The notes under the pieces: generated by a model | What the model was told of the DNA's origin: nothing | Seen by the model: only the letters and a program-made list of their open reading frames with translations | The model's database searches: none | Assembly: GCA_964016885.1 (NCBI GenBank) | Contig: OZ024744.1 | Span: forward strand, 10,292,001 to 10,356,000 | Length of the DNA: 64,000 bases | Reading direction: 5' to 3' | Source: Eledone cirrhosa | Lineage: Eukaryota | Translations under genes and position numbers: made by a program | Shown: positions 27,198 through 42,900 of the stretch, piece after piece | Layout: each line of letters begins with the position of its first letter | How positions within the stretch are numbered: position 1 is the stretch's first letter

Positions 27198-30100
27198 TTA
27201 TACTCCAATATGTTGTGTTATTTTACTCCAATATGTTGTGTTGTTGTACTCCAATATGTTGTGTTGTTGTACTCCAATATGTTGTGTTGTTGTAATCCAA
27301 TATCTTGTGTTGTTGTACTCCAATATGTTGTGTTGTTGTTCTCCAATATGTTGTGTTGTTATACTCCAATATGTTGTGTTGTGATACTCCAATATGTTGT
27401 GCTGTTGTACTCCAATATGTGTTGTTGTTGTACTCCAATATGTTGCGTTGCTGTACTCCAATATATCATGTTGTCGTACTCCAATATGTCATGTTATACT
27501 CCAATATGTTTTGATGCTGTACTCCAATATGTCGTGTTGTTGTACTACAATATCTTGTGTTGTTGTACTCCAATATGTTGTTTTTTGTACTCCAATATGT
27601 CATGTTGTTGTACTCCAGTATGTCTTGTTATACTCCAATATGTCGTGCTGCTGTACTCCAATATGTCATGATGTTGTACTCCAATATATTTTGCTGTTGT
27701 ACTCCAATATGTTGTGTTGCTGTACTCCAATATGTTGTGTTGTTGTACTCCAATATGTTGTGTTGTTGTAATCCAATATCTTGTGTTGTTATACTCCAAT
27801 ATGTTGTGTTGTTATACTCCAATATGTTGTGTTGTGATACTCCAATATGTTGTGCTGTTGTACTCCAATATGTTGAGTTGTTATACTCCAATATGTAGTG
27901 TTGTTATACTCCAATATGTTGTGTTGTTGTACTCCAATCTGTTGTGTTATACTCCAATATTTTGTGTTGTTATACTGCAATATGTTGTGTTGTTATACTC
28001 CAATATGTTGTGTTGTTATACTCCAAGATGTTGTGCTGTGATACTCTAATATGTTGTGTTTTTGTACTCCAATATGTTGTGTTGTACTCCAATATGTTGT
28101 GTTGTTATACTCCAATATGCTGTGCTGTTGTACTCCAATATGTTGTGTTGTACTCCAATATGTTGTGTTGTTGTACTCCAATATATCCTGTTGTCGTACT
28201 CCAATATGTCATGTTATACTCCAATATGTCGTTGTTATACTCCAATATGTCATGTTGCTGTACTCCAATATGTCGTGTTGTTGTACTCCAATATGTTTTG
28301 ATGTTGTACTCCAATATGTTGTGTTGTTGTACTCCAATATGTTGTGTTGTTATACTCCAATATGTTGTGCTGTTGTACTCCAATATGTCAGGTTGTTGTA
28401 CTCCGATATTTCGTGTTGTTCTACTCCAATATTTCATGTTGTTTTACTCCAATATGTCGTGGTGTTGTACTCCAATATGTTTTGATGTTGTACTCCAATA
28501 TGTCGTGTTGTTGTACTCCAATATGTTGTGTTGTTGAACTCCAATATGCTGTGTTGTTATACTCCTATATGTTGTGTTGTTGTACTCCAATATGTTGTGT
28601 TGTACTCCAATATGTTGTGTTGTTATACTCCACAATGTTGTGTTGTTGTACTCCAATAGGTTATGTTGTTGTACTCCAATATGTGATGTTGTTGTACTCC
28701 AATATGTTGTGTTGCTGTACTCCAATATGTTGTGTTGTTGTTCTCCAATATGTCGTGTTGTTATACTCCAATATGTTGTGTTATGATACTCCAATATGTT
28801 GTGCTGTTGTACTCCAATATGTTGTGTTGTTGTACTCCAATATGTTGTGTTGTTATACTCCAATATGTTGTGTTGTTATACTCCAATATGTAGTGTTGTT
28901 ATACTCCAATATGTTGTGTTGTTGTACTCCAATCTGTTGTGCTGCTGTACTCCAATATATTGTGTTATACTCCAATATGTTGTGTTGTTGTACTCCAATA
29001 TGTTGTGTTGTTGTAATCCAAAATGTTGTGTTGTTATACTCCAATATGTTGTGTTGTAATACTCCAATATGTTGTGCTCCAATATGTTGTGTTATACTCC
29101 AATGTGTTGTGTTCTTGTACTCCAATATGAAGTGTTGTAATACTCCAATATGTAGTGCTGTTGTTATACTCCAATATGTTGTGTTATAATCCAATGTGTT
29201 GTGTTGTTGTACTCCAATCTGTTGTGTTGTTATACTCCAATCTGTTGTGTTGTTATACTGCAATATGTTGTGTTGTTATACTCCAATATGTTGTGTTGTT
29301 ATACTCCAAGATGTTGTGCTGTGATACTCTAATATGTTGTGTTTTTGTACTCCAATATGTTGTGTTGTTGTACTCCAATATGCTGTGTTGTTGTAATCCA
29401 ATATCTTGTGCTGTTATACTCCAATATGTTGTGTTGTTGTACTCCAATATGTTGTGTTGTTATACTCCAATATGTTGTGTTGTGATACTCCAAAGTGTTG
29501 TGCTATTGTACTCCAATATGTTGTGTTGTTTTACTCCAATAGGTTGCGTTGTTGTACTCCAATCTGTTGTGTTGTTATACTCCAATATGTTGTGTTGTTA
29601 TACTCCAATATGGTGTGTTGTTTTACTCCAATATGTTGTGTTGTTGCAATCCAATATGTTTGTGTTGTTTTACTCCAATATGTTGTGTTGTTATACTCAA
29701 ATATGTTGTGTTGTTGTACTCCAATATGGTGTGTTGTTGTACTCCAATATGTTGTGTTGTTGTACTCCAATATGTTGTGTTGTTATACTCCAATATGTTG
29801 TGTTGGTGTACTCCAATATGTTGTGCTGTTGAACTCCAAATCTCGTGTTGTTATACTCCAATGTGTTGTGTTGTTATACTCCAATATGTTGTGTTGTTGT
29901 ACTCCAATATGTTGTGTTGTTGTACTCCAATATGTTGTGTTGTTGTACTCCAATATGTTGTGTTGTTGTACTCCAATATGTCATGTTATACTCCAATATG
30001 TCATGTTGTTTTACTCCAATATGTTGTGTTGTTGCACTCCAATATGTCGTGTTGTTGTACTCCAATATGTTGTGTTGTTGTACTGCAATATGTTGTGTTG

Positions 30101-33100
30101 TTATACTCCAATATGCTGTGCTGTTGTACTCCAATATGTTGTGTTGTACTCCAATATGTTGTGTTGTTGTACTCCAATATATCATGTTGTCGTACTCCAA
30201 TATGTCATGTTATACTCCAATATGTCGTTGTTATACTCCAATATGTCATGTTGCTGTACTCCAATATGTCGTGTTGTTGTACTCCAATATGTTTTGATGT
30301 TGTACTCCAATATGTTGTGTTGTTGTACTCCAATATGTTGTGTTGTTATACTCCAATATGTTGTGCTGTTGTACTCCAATATGTCAGGCTGTTGTACTCC
30401 GATATTTCGTGTTGTTCTACTCCAATATTTCATGTTGTTTTACTCCAATATGTCGTGGTGTTGTACTCCAATATGTTTTGATGTTGTACTCCAATATGTC
30501 GTGTTGTTGTACTCCAATATGTTGTGTTGTTCAACTCCAAAATGCTGTGTTGTTATACTCCTATATGTTGTGTTGTTGTACTCCAATATGTTGTGTTGTA
30601 CTCCAATATGTTGTGTTGTTATACTCCACAATGTTGTGTTGTTGTACTCCAATAGGTTGTGTTGTTGTACTCCAATATCTCGTGTTGTTGTACTCCAATA
30701 TGTAATGGTGTTCTACTTCAATATGTCGTATTGTTGTACTCCAATATGTTGTATTGTTGTTCTCCAATATGTCGTGTTGTTATACTCCAATATGTTATGA
30801 TGTTGTACTCCAATATATTGTGTTGTTGTACTCCAATATGTTGTGTTGTTGTATTCAATACGCTGTGTTGTTGTACTCCAATATGTTGTGTTGTTGTACT
30901 CCAATATGTAGTTGTACTCCAATATGTTGTGTTGTTGTACTCCAATATGTTGTGTTGTTATACTCCAATATGTATTGTTGTTGTAATCCAATATGTTGTG
31001 TTGTACTCCAATATATAATGTTGTTGTACTCCAATATGTTGTGTTGTTGTACTCCGATATGTTGTGCTGTTGTACTCCAATATGTTGTGTTATTGTACTC
31101 CAATATGTTGTGTTGTTATACTCCAATACGTTATGTTGTTGTACTCCAATATTTAGTGCTGTTATACTCCAATATGTTGTGTTGTTATACTCCAAAAAGT
31201 TGTGTTGTTTTACTCCAATATGTTGTGTTGTTATACTCCAGTATGTTGTGTTGTTGTACTCCAATATGTTGTGCTGTTGTACTCCAATATGTCAGGTTGT
31301 TGTACTCCGATATTTCGTGTTGTTCTACTCCAATATTTCGTGTTGTTTTACTCCAATATGTCGTGGTGTTGTACTCCAATATGTTTTGATGTTGTACTCC
31401 AATATGTCGTGTTGTTGTACTCCAATATGTTGTGTTATTGTACTCCAATATGCTGTGTTGTTATACTCCTAAATGTTGTGTTGTTGTACTCCAATATGTT
31501 GTGTTGTACTCCAATATGTTGTGTTGTTACACTCCACAATGTTGTGTTGTTGTACTCCAAAATGTGATGTTGCTGTACTCCAATATGTCGTATTGTTGTA
31601 CTCCAATATGTTGTGTTGTTATACTCCAATATTTCGTGTTGTTTTACTCCAATGTCATGTTGTTGTACTCCAATATTTCGTGTTGTTGTACTCTAATATG
31701 TCATGTTGTTGTACTCCAATATTTCATGTTGTTGTACTCCAATATGTCATGGTGTTGTACTTCAATATGTCGTATTGTTGTACTCCAGTATGTTATGATG
31801 TTGTACTCCAATATATTGTGTTGTTGTACTCCAATATGTTGTGTTGTTATACTCCAATATGTTGTGTTATTTTACTCCAATATGTTGTGTTGTTGTACTC
31901 CAATATGTTGTGTTGTTGTACTCCAATATGTTGTGTTGTTGTAATCCAATATCTTGTGTTGTTGTACTCCAATATGTTGTGTTGTTGTTCTCCAATATGT
32001 TGTGTTGTTATACTCCAATATGTTGTGTTGTGATACTCCAATATGTTGTGCTGTTGTACTCCAATATGTGTTGTTGTTGTACTCCAATATGTTGCGTTGC
32101 TGTACTCCAATATATCATGTTGTCGTACTCCAATATGTCATGTTATACTCCAATATGTTTTGATGCTGTACTCCAATATGTCGTGTTGTTGTACTACAAT
32201 ATCTTGTGTTGTTGTACTCCAATATGTTGTTTTTTGTACTCCAATATGTCATGTTGTTGTACTCCAGTATGTCTTGTTATACTCCAATATGTCGTGCTGC
32301 TGTACTCCAATATGTCATGATGTTGTACTCCAATATGTTTTGCTGTTGTACTCCAATATGTTGTGTTGCTGTACTCCAATATGTTGTGTTGTTGTACTCC
32401 AATATGTTGTGTTGTTGTAATCCAATATCTTGTGTTGTTATACTCCAATATGTTGTGTTGTTATACTCCAATATGTTGTGTTGTGATACTCCAATATGTT
32501 GTGCTGTTGTACTCCAATATGTTGAGTTGTTATACTCCAATATGTAGTGTTGTTATACTCCAATATGTTGTGTTGTTGTACTCCAATCTGTTGTGTTATA
32601 CTCCAATATTTTGTGTTGTTATACTGCAATATGTTGTGTTGTTATACTCCAATATGTTGTGTTGTTATACTCCAAGATGTTGTGCTGTGATACTCTAATA
32701 TGTTGTGTTTTTGTACTCCAATATGTTGTGTTGTTGTACTCCAATATGTTGTGTTGTTGTAATCCAATATCTTGTGCTGTTATACTCCAATATGTTGTGT
32801 TGTTGTACTCCAATATGTTGTGTTGTTATACTCCAATATGTTGTGTTGTGATACTCCAAAGTGTTGTGCTGTTGTACTCCAATATGTTGTGTTGTTTTAC
32901 TCCAATAGGTTGCGTTGTTGTACTCCAATCTGTTGTGTTGTTATACTCCAATATGTTGTGTTGTTATACTCCAATATGGTGTGTTGTTTTACTCCAATAT
33001 GTTGTGTTGTTGCAATCCAATATGTTTGTGTTGTTTTACTCCAATATGTTGTGTTGTTATACTCAAATATGTTGTGTTGTTGTACTCCAATATGGTGTGT

Positions 33101-36100
33101 TGTTGTACTCCAATATGTTGTGTTGTTGTACTCCAATATGTTGTGTTGTTATACTCCAATATGTTGTGTTGGTGTACTCCAATATGTTGTGCTGTTGAAC
33201 TCCAAATCTCGTGTTGTTATACTCCAATGTGTTGTGTTGTTATACTCCAATATGTTGTGTTGTTGTACTCCAATATGTTGTGTTGTTGTACTCCAATATG
33301 TTGTGTTGTTGTACTCCAATATGTTGTGTTGTTGTACTCCAATATGTCATGTTATACTCCAATATGTCATGTTGTTTTACTCCAATATGTTGTGTTGTTG
33401 CACTCCAATATGTCGTGTTGTTGTACTCCAATATGTTGTGTTGTTGTACTGCAATATGTTGTGTTGTTATACTCCAATATGCTGTGCTGTTGTACTCCAA
33501 TATGTTGTGTTGTACTCCAATATGTTGTGATGTTGTACTCCAATATATCATGTTGTCGTACTCCAATATGTCATGTTATACTCCAATATGTCGTTGTTAT
33601 ACTCCAATATGTCATGTTGCTGTACTCCAATATGTCGTGTTGTTGTACTCCAATATGTTTTGATGTTGTACTCCAATATGTTGTGTTGTTGTACTCCAAT
33701 ATGTTGTGTTGTTATACTCCAATATGTTGTGCTGTTGTACTCCAATATGTCAGGTTGTTGTACTCCGATATTTCGTGTTGTTCTACTCCAATATTTCATG
33801 TTGTTTTACTCCAATATGTCGTGGTGTTGTACTCCAATATGTTTTGATGTTGTACTCCAATATGTCGTGTTGTTGTACTCCAATATGTTGTGTTGTTCAA
33901 CTCCAAAATGCTGTGTTGTTATACTCCTATATGTTGTGTTGTTGTACTCCAATATGTTGTGTTGTACTCCAATATGTTGTGTTGTTATACTCCACAATGT
34001 TGTGTTGTTGTACTCCAATAGGTTGTGTTGTTGTACTCCAATATCTCGTGTTGTTGTACTCCAATATGTAATGGTGTTCTACTTCAATATGTCGTATTGT
34101 TGTACTCCAATATGTTGTATTGTTGTTCTCCAATATGTCGTGTTGTTATACTCCAATATGTTATGATGTTGTACTCCAATATATTGTGTTGTTGTACTCC
34201 AATATGTTGTGTTGTTGTATTCAATACGCTGTGTTGTTGTACTCCAATATGTTGTGTTGTTGTACTCCAATATGTAGTTGTACTCCAATATGTTGTGTTG
34301 TTGTACTCCAATATGTTGTGTTGTTATACTCCAATATGTATTGTTGTTGTAATCCAATATGTTGTGTTGTACTCCAATATATAATGTTGTTGTACTCCAA
34401 TATGTTGTGTTGTTGTACTCCGATATGTTGTGCTGTTGTACTCCAATATGTTGTGTTATTGTACTCCAATATGTTGTGTTGTTGTACTCCAATACGTTAT
34501 GTTGTTGTACTCCAATATTTAGTGCTGTTATACTCCAATATGTTGTGTTGTTATACTCCAAAAAGTTGTGTTGTTTTACTCCAATATGTTGTGTTGTTAT
34601 ACTCCAGTATGTTGTGTTGTTGTACTCCAATATGTTGTGCTGTTGTACTCCAATATGTCAGGTTGTTGTACTCCGATATTTCGTGTTGTTCTACTCCAAT
34701 ATTTCGTGTTGTTTTACTCCAATATGTCGTGGTGTTGTACTCCAATATGTTTTGATGTTGTACTCCAATATGTCGTGTTGTTGTACTCCAATATGTTGTG
34801 TTGTTGAACTCCAATATGCTGTGTTGTTATACTCCTAAATGTTGTGTTGTTGTACTCCAATATGTTGTGTTGTACTCCAATATGTTGTGTTGTTACACTC
34901 CACAATGTTGTGTTGTTGTACTCCAAAATGTGATGTTGCTGTACTCCAATATGTCGTATTGTTGTACTCCAATATGTTGTGTTGTTATACTCCAATATTT
35001 CGTGTTGTTTTACTCCAATGTCATGTTGTTGTACTCCAATATTTCGTGTTGTTGTACTCTAATATGTCATGTTGTTGTACTCCAATATTTCGTGTTGTTG
35101 TACTCCAATATGTCATGGTGTTGTACTTCAATATGTCGTATTGTTGTACTCCAGTATGTTATGATGTTGTACTCCAATATATTGTGTTGTTGTACTCCAA
35201 TATGTTGTGTTGTTATACTCCAATATGTTGTGTTATTTTACTCCAATATGTTGTGTTGTTGTACTCCAATATGTTGTGTTGTTGTACTCCAATATGTTGT
35301 GTTGTTGTAATCCAATATCTTGTGTTGTTGTACTCCAATATGTTGTGTTGTTGTTCTCCAATATGTTGTGTTGTTATACTCCAATATGTTGTGTTGTGAT
35401 ACTCCAATATGTTGTGCTGTTGTACTCCAATATGTGTTGTTGTTGTACTCCAATATGTTGCGTTGCTGTACTCCAATATATCATGTTGTCGTACTCCAAT
35501 ATGTCATGTTATACTCCAATATGTTTTGATGCTGTACTCCAATATGTCGTGTTGTTGTACTACAATATCTTGTGTTGTTGTACTCCAATATGTTGTTTTT
35601 TGTACTCCAATATGTCATGTTGTTGTACTCCAGTATGTCTTGTTATACTCCAATATGTCGTGCTGCTGTACTCCAATATGTCATGATGTTGTACTCCAAT
35701 ATGTTTTGCTGTTGTACTCCAATATGTTGTGTTGCTGTACTCCAATATGTTGTGTTGTTGTACTCCAATATGTTGTGTTGTTGTAATCCAATATCTTGTG
35801 TTGTTATACTCCAATATGTTGTGTTGTTATACTCCAATATGTTGTGTTGTGATACTCCAATATGTTGTGCTGTTGTACTCCAATATGTTGAGTTGTTATA
35901 CTCCAATATGTAGTGTTGTTATACTCCAATATGTTGTGTTGTTGTACTCCAATCTGTTGTGTTATACTCCAATATTTTGTGTTGTTATACTGCAATATGT
36001 TGTGTTGTTATACTCCAATATGTTGTGTTGTTATACTCCAAGATGTTGTGCTGTGATACTCTAATATGTTGTGTTTTTGTACTCCAATATGTTGTGTTGT

Positions 36101-39100
36101 ACTCCAATATGTTGTGTTGTTATACTCCAATATGCTGTGCTGTTGTACTCCAATATGTTGTGTTGTACTCCAATATGTTGTGTTGTTGTACTCCAATATA
36201 TCATGTTGTCGTACTCCAATATGTCATGTTATACTCCAATATGTCGTTGTTATACTCCAATATGTCATGTTGCTGTACTCCAATATGTCGTGTTGTTGTA
36301 CTCCAATATGTTTTGATGTTGTACTCCAATATGTTGTGTTGTTGTACTCCAATATGTTGTGTTGTTATACTCCAATATGTTGTGCTGTTGTACTCCAATA
36401 TGTCAGGTTGTTGTACTCCGATATTTCGTGTTGTTCTACTCCAATATTTCATGTTGTTTTACTCCAATATGTCGTGGTGTTGTACTCCAATATGTTTTGA
36501 TGTTGTACTCCAATATGTCGTGTTGTTGTACTCCAATATGTTGTGTTGTTGAACTCCAATATGCTGTGTTGTTATACTCCTATATGTTGTGTTGTTGTAC
36601 TCCAATATGTTGTGTTGTACTCCAATATGTTGTGTTGTACTCCAATATGTTGTGTTGTTATACTCCACAATGTTGTGTTGTTGTACTCCAATAGGTTATG
36701 TTGTTGTACTCCAATATGTGATGTTGTTGTACTCCAATATGTTGTGTTGCTGTACTCCAATATGTTGTGTTGTTGTTCTCCAATATGTCGTGTTGTTATA
36801 CTCCAATATGTTGTGTTATGATACTCCAATATGTTGTGCTGTTGTACTCCAATATGTTGTGTTGTTGTACTCCAATATGTTGTGTTGTTATACTCCAATA
36901 TGTTGTGTTGTTATACTCCAATATGTAGTGTTGTTATACTCCAATATGTTGTGTTGTTGTACTCCAATCTGTTGTGCTGCTGTACTCCAATATATTGTGT
37001 TATACTCCAATATGTTGTGTTGTTGTACTCCAATATGTTGTGTTGTTGTAATCCAAAATGTTGTGTTGTTATACTCCAATATGTTGTGTTGTAATACTCC
37101 AATATGTTGTGCTCCAATATGTTGTGTTATACTCCAATGTGTTGTGTTCTTGTACTCCAATATGAAGTGTTGTAATACTCCAATATGTAGTGCTGTTGTT
37201 ATACTCCAATATGTTGTGTTATAATCCAATGTGTTGTGTTGTTGTACTCCAATCTGTTGTGTTGTTATACTCCAATCTGTTGTGTTGTTATACTGCAATA
37301 TGTTGTGTTGTTATACTCCAATATGTTGTGTTGTTATACTCCAAGATGTTGTGCTGTGATACTCTAATATGTTGTGTTTTTGTACTCCAATATGTTGTGT
37401 TGTTGTACTCCAATATGCTGTGTTGTTGTAATCCAATATCTTGTGCTGTTATACTCCAATATGTTGTGTTGTTGTACTCCAATATGTTGTGTTGTTATAC
37501 TCCAATATGTTGTGTTGTGATACTCCAAAGTGTTGTGCTATTGTACTCCAATATGTTGTGTTGTTTTACTCCAATAGGTTGCGTTGTTGTACTCCAATCT
37601 GTTGTGTTGTTATACTCCAATATGTTGTGTTGTTATACTCCAATATGGTGTGTTGTTTTACTCCAATATGTTGTGTTGTTGCAATCCAATATGTTTGTGT
37701 TGTTTTACTCCAATATGTTGTGTTGTTATACTCAAATATGTTGTGTTGTTGTACTCCAATATGGTGTGTTGTTGTACTCCAATATGTTGTGTTGTTGTAC
37801 TCCAATATGTTGTGTTGTTATACTCCAATATGTTGTGTTGGTGTACTCCAATATGTTGTGCTGTTGAACTCCAAATCTCGTGTTGTTATACTCCAATGTG
37901 TTGTGTTGTTATACTCCAATATGTTGTGTTGTTGTACTCCAATATGTTGTGTTGTTGTACTCCAATATGTTGTGTTGTTGTACTCCAATATGTTGTGTTG
38001 TTGTACTCCAATATGTCATGTTATACTCCAATATGTCATGTTGTTTTACTCCAATATGTTGTGTTGTTGCACTCCAATATGTCGTGTTGTTGTACTCCAA
38101 TATGTTGTGTTGTTGTACTGCAATATGTTGTGTTGTTATACTCCAATATGCTGTGCTGTTGTACTCCAATATGTTGTGTTGTACTCCAATATGTTGTGTT
38201 GTTGTACTCCAATATATCATGTTGTCGTACTCCAATATGTCATGTTATACTCCAATATGTCGTTGTTATACTCCAATATGTCATGTTGCTGTACTCCAAT
38301 ATGTCGTGTTGTTGTACTCCAATATGTTTTGATGTTGTACTCCAATATGTTGTGTTGTTGTACTCCAATATGTTGTGTTGTTATACTCCAATATGTTGTG
38401 CTGTTGTACTCCAATATGTCAGGTTGTTGTACTCCGATATTTCGTGTTGTTCTACTCCAATATTTCATGTTGTTTTACTCCAATATGTCGTGGTGTTGTA
38501 CTCCAATATGTTTTGATGTTGTACTCCAATATGTCGTGTTGTTGTACTCCAATATGTTGTGTTGTTCAACTCCAAAATGCTGTGTTGTTATACTCCTATA
38601 TGTTGTGTTGTTGTACTCCAATATGTTGTGTTGTACTCCAATATGTTGTGTTGTTATACTCCACAATGTTGTGTTGTTGTACTCCAATAGGTTGTGTTGT
38701 TGTACTCCAATATGTGATGTTGTTGTACTCCAATATGTCGTATTGTTGTACTCCAATATGTTGTGTTGTTATACTCCAATATTTCGTGTTGTTTTACTCC
38801 AATATGTCATGTTGTTGTACTCCAATATCTCGTGTTGTTGTACTCCAATATGTAATGGTGTTCTACTTCAATATGTCGTATTGTTGTACTCCAATATGTT
38901 GTATTGTTGTTCTCCAATATGTCGTGTTGTTATACTCCAATATGTTATGATGTTGTACTCCAATATATTGTGTTGTTGTACTCCAATATGTTGTGTTGTT
39001 GTATTCAATACGCTGTGTTGTTGTACTCCAATATGTTGTGTTGTTGTACTCCAATATGTAGTTGTACTCCAATATGTTGTGTTGTTGTACTCCAATATGT

Positions 39101-39973
39101 TGTGTTGTTATACTCCAATATGTATTGTTGTTGTAATCCAATATGTTGTGTTGTACTCCAATATATAATGTTGTTGTACTCCAATATGTTGTGTTGTTGT
39201 ACTCCGATATGTTGTGCTGTTGTACTCCAATATGTTGTGTTATTGTACTCCAATATGTTGTGTTGTTGTACTCCAATACGTTATGTTGTTGTACTCCAAT
39301 ATTTAGTGCTGTTATACTCCAATATGTTGTGTTGTTATACTCCAAAAAGTTGTGTTGTTTTACTCCAATATGTTGTGTTGTTATACTCCAGTATGTTGTG
39401 TTGTTGTACTCCAATATGTTGTGCTGTTGTACTCCAATATGTCAGGTTGTTGTACTCCGATATTTCGTGTTGTTCTACTCCAATATTTCGTGTTGTTTTA
39501 CTCCAATATGTCGTGGTGTTGTACTCCAATATGTTTTGATGTTGTACTCCAATATGTCGTGTTGTTGTACTCCAATATGTTGTGTTGTTGAACTCCAATA
39601 TGCTGTGTTGTTATACTCCTAAATGTTGTGTTGTTGTACTCCAATATGTTGTGTTGTACTCCAATATGTTGTGTTGTTACACTCCACAATGTTGTGTTGT
39701 TGTACTCCAAAATGTGATGTTGCTGTACTCCAATATGTCGTATTGTTGTACTCCAATATGTTGTGTTGTTATACTCCAATATTTCGTGTTGTTTTACTCC
39801 AATGTCATGTTGTTGTACTCCAATATTTCGTGTTGTTGTACTCTAATATGTCATGTTGTTGTACTCGAATATTTCGTGTTGTTGTACTCCAATATGTCAT
39901 GGTGTTGTACTTCAATATGTCGTATTGTTGTACTCCAGTATGTTATGATGTTGTACTCCAATATATTGTGTTG
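27198..39973 (+). repeat. Super-HOR copy 3 (4649+3366+4761 = 12,776 bp)
   Basis: Marker spacings; diagnostic variant at ~31434; extra 20-bp monomer at ~36620; one-monomer (23 bp) deletion at ~39970. Confidence 0.88.
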
Positions 39974-42900
39974 TTATACTCCAATATGTTGTGTTATTTT
40001 ACTCCAATATGTTGTGTTGTTGTACTCCAATATGTTGTGTTGTTGTACTCCAATATGTTGTGTTGTTGTAATCCAATATCTTGTGTTGTTGTACTCCAAT
40101 ATGTTGTGTTGTTGTTCTCCAATATGTTGTGTTGTTATACTCCAATATGTTGTGTTGTGATACTCCAATATGTTGTGCTGTTGTACTCCAATATGTGTTG
40201 TTGTTGTACTCCAATATGTTGCGTTGCTGTACTCCAATATATCATGTTGTCGTACTCCAATATGTCATGTTATACTCCAATATGTTTTGATGCTGTACTC
40301 CAATATGTCGTGTTGTTGTACTACAATATCTTGTGTTGTTGTACTCCAATATGTTGTTTTTTGTACTCCAATATGTCATGTTGTTGTACTCCAGTATGTC
40401 TTGTTATACTCCAATATGTCGTGCTGCTGTACTCCAATATGTCATGATGTTGTACTCCAATATGTTTTGCTGTTGTACTCCAATATGTTGTGTTGCTGTA
40501 CTCCAATATGTTGTGTTGTTGTACTCCAATATGTTGTGTTGTTGTAATCCAATATCTTGTGTTGTTATACTCCAATATGTTGTGTTGTTATACTCCAATA
40601 TGTTGTGTTGTGATACTCCAATATGTTGTGCTGTTGTACTCCAATATGTTGAGTTGTTATACTCCAATATGTAGTGTTGTTATACTCCAATATGTTGTGT
40701 TGTTGTACTCCAATCTGTTGTGTTATACTCCAATATTTTGTGTTGTTATACTGCAATATGTTGTGTTGTTATACTCCAATATGTTGTGTTGTTATACTCC
40801 AAGATGTTGTGCTGTGATACTCTAATATGTTGTGTTTTTGTACTCCAATATGTTGTGTTGTACTCCAATATGTTGTGTTGTTATACTCCAATATGCTGTG
40901 CTGTTGTACTCCAATATGTTGTGTTGTACTCCAATATGTTGTGTTGTTGTACTCCAATATATCATGTTGTCGTACTCCAATATGTCATGTTATACTCCAA
41001 TATGTCGTTGTTATACTCCAATATGTCATGTTGCTGTACTCCAATATGTCGTGTTGTTGTACTCCAATATGTTTTGATGTTGTACTCCAATATGTTGTGT
41101 TGTTGTACTCCAATATGTTGTGTTGTTATACTCCAATATGTTGTGCTGTTGTACTCCAATATGTCAGGTTGTTGTACTCCGATATTTCGTGTTGTTCTAC
41201 TCCAATATTTCATGTTGTTTTACTCCAATATGTCGTGGTGTTGTACTCCAATATGTTTTGATGTTGTACTCCAATATGTCGTGTTGTTGTACTCCAATAT
41301 GTTGTGTTGTTGAACTCCAATATGCTGTGTTGTTATACTCCTATATGTTGTGTTGTTGTACTCCAATATGTTGTGTTGTACTCCAATATGTTGTGTTGTT
41401 ATACTCCACAATGTTGTGTTGTTGTACTCCAATAGGTTATGTTGTTGTACTCCAATATGTGATGTTGTTGTACTCCAATATGTTGTGTTGCTGTACTCCA
41501 ATATGTTGTGTTGTTGTTCTCCAATATGTCGTGTTGTTATACTCCAATATGTTGTGTTATGATACTCCAATATGTTGTGCTGTTGTACTCCAATATGTTG
41601 TGTTGTTGTACTCCAATATGTTGTGTTGTTATACTCCAATATGTTGTGTTGTTATACTCCAATATGTAGTGTTGTTATACTCCAATATGTTGTGTTGTTG
41701 TACTCCAATCTGTTGTGCTGCTGTACTCCAATATATTGTGTTATACTCCAATATGTTGTGTTGTTGTACTCCAATATGTTGTGTTGTTGTAATCCAAAAT
41801 GTTGTGTTGTTATACTCCAATATGTTGTGTTGTAATACTCCAATATGTTGTGCTCCAATATGTTGTGTTATACTCCAATGTGTTGTGTTCTTGTACTCCA
41901 ATATGAAGTGTTGTAATACTCCAATATGTAGTGCTGTTGTTATACTCCAATATGTTGTGTTATAATCCAATGTGTTGTGTTGTTGTACTCCAATCTGTTG
42001 TGTTGTTATACTCCAATCTGTTGTGTTGTTATACTGCAATATGTTGTGTTGTTATACTCCAATATGTTGTGTTGTTATACTCCAAGATGTTGTGCTGTGA
42101 TACTCTAATATGTTGTGTTTTTGTACTCCAATATGTTGTGTTGTTGTACTCCAATATGCTGTGTTGTTGTAATCCAATATCTTGTGCTGTTATACTCCAA
42201 TATGTTGTGTTGTTGTACTCCAATATGTTGTGTTGTTATACTCCAATATGTTGTGTTGTGATACTCCAAAGTGTTGTGCTATTGTACTCCAATATGTTGT
42301 GTTGTTTTACTCCAATAGGTTGCGTTGTTGTACTCCAATCTGTTGTGTTGTTATACTCCAATATGTTGTGTTGTTATACTCCAATATGGTGTGTTGTTTT
42401 ACTCCAATATGTTGTGTTGTTGCAATCCAATATGTTTGTGTTGTTTTACTCCAATATGTTGTGTTGTTATACTCAAATATGTTGTGTTGTTGTACTCCAA
42501 TATGGTGTGTTGTTGTACTCCAATATGTTGTGTTGTTGTACTCCAATATGTTGTGTTGTTATACTCCAATATGTTGTGTTGGTGTACTCCAATATGTTGT
42601 GCTGTTGAACTCCAAATCTCGTGTTGTTATACTCCAATGTGTTGTGTTGTTATACTCCAATATGTTGTGTTGTTGTACTCCAATATGTTGTGTTGTTGTA
42701 CTCCAATATGTTGTGTTGTTGTACTCCAATATGTTGTGTTGTTGTACTCCAATATGTCATGTTATACTCCAATATGTCATGTTGTTTTACTCCAATATGT
42801 TGTGTTGTTGCACTCCAATATGTCGTGTTGTTGTACTCCAATATGTTGTGTTGTTGTACTGCAATATGTTGTGTTGTTATACTCCAATATGCTGTGCTGT

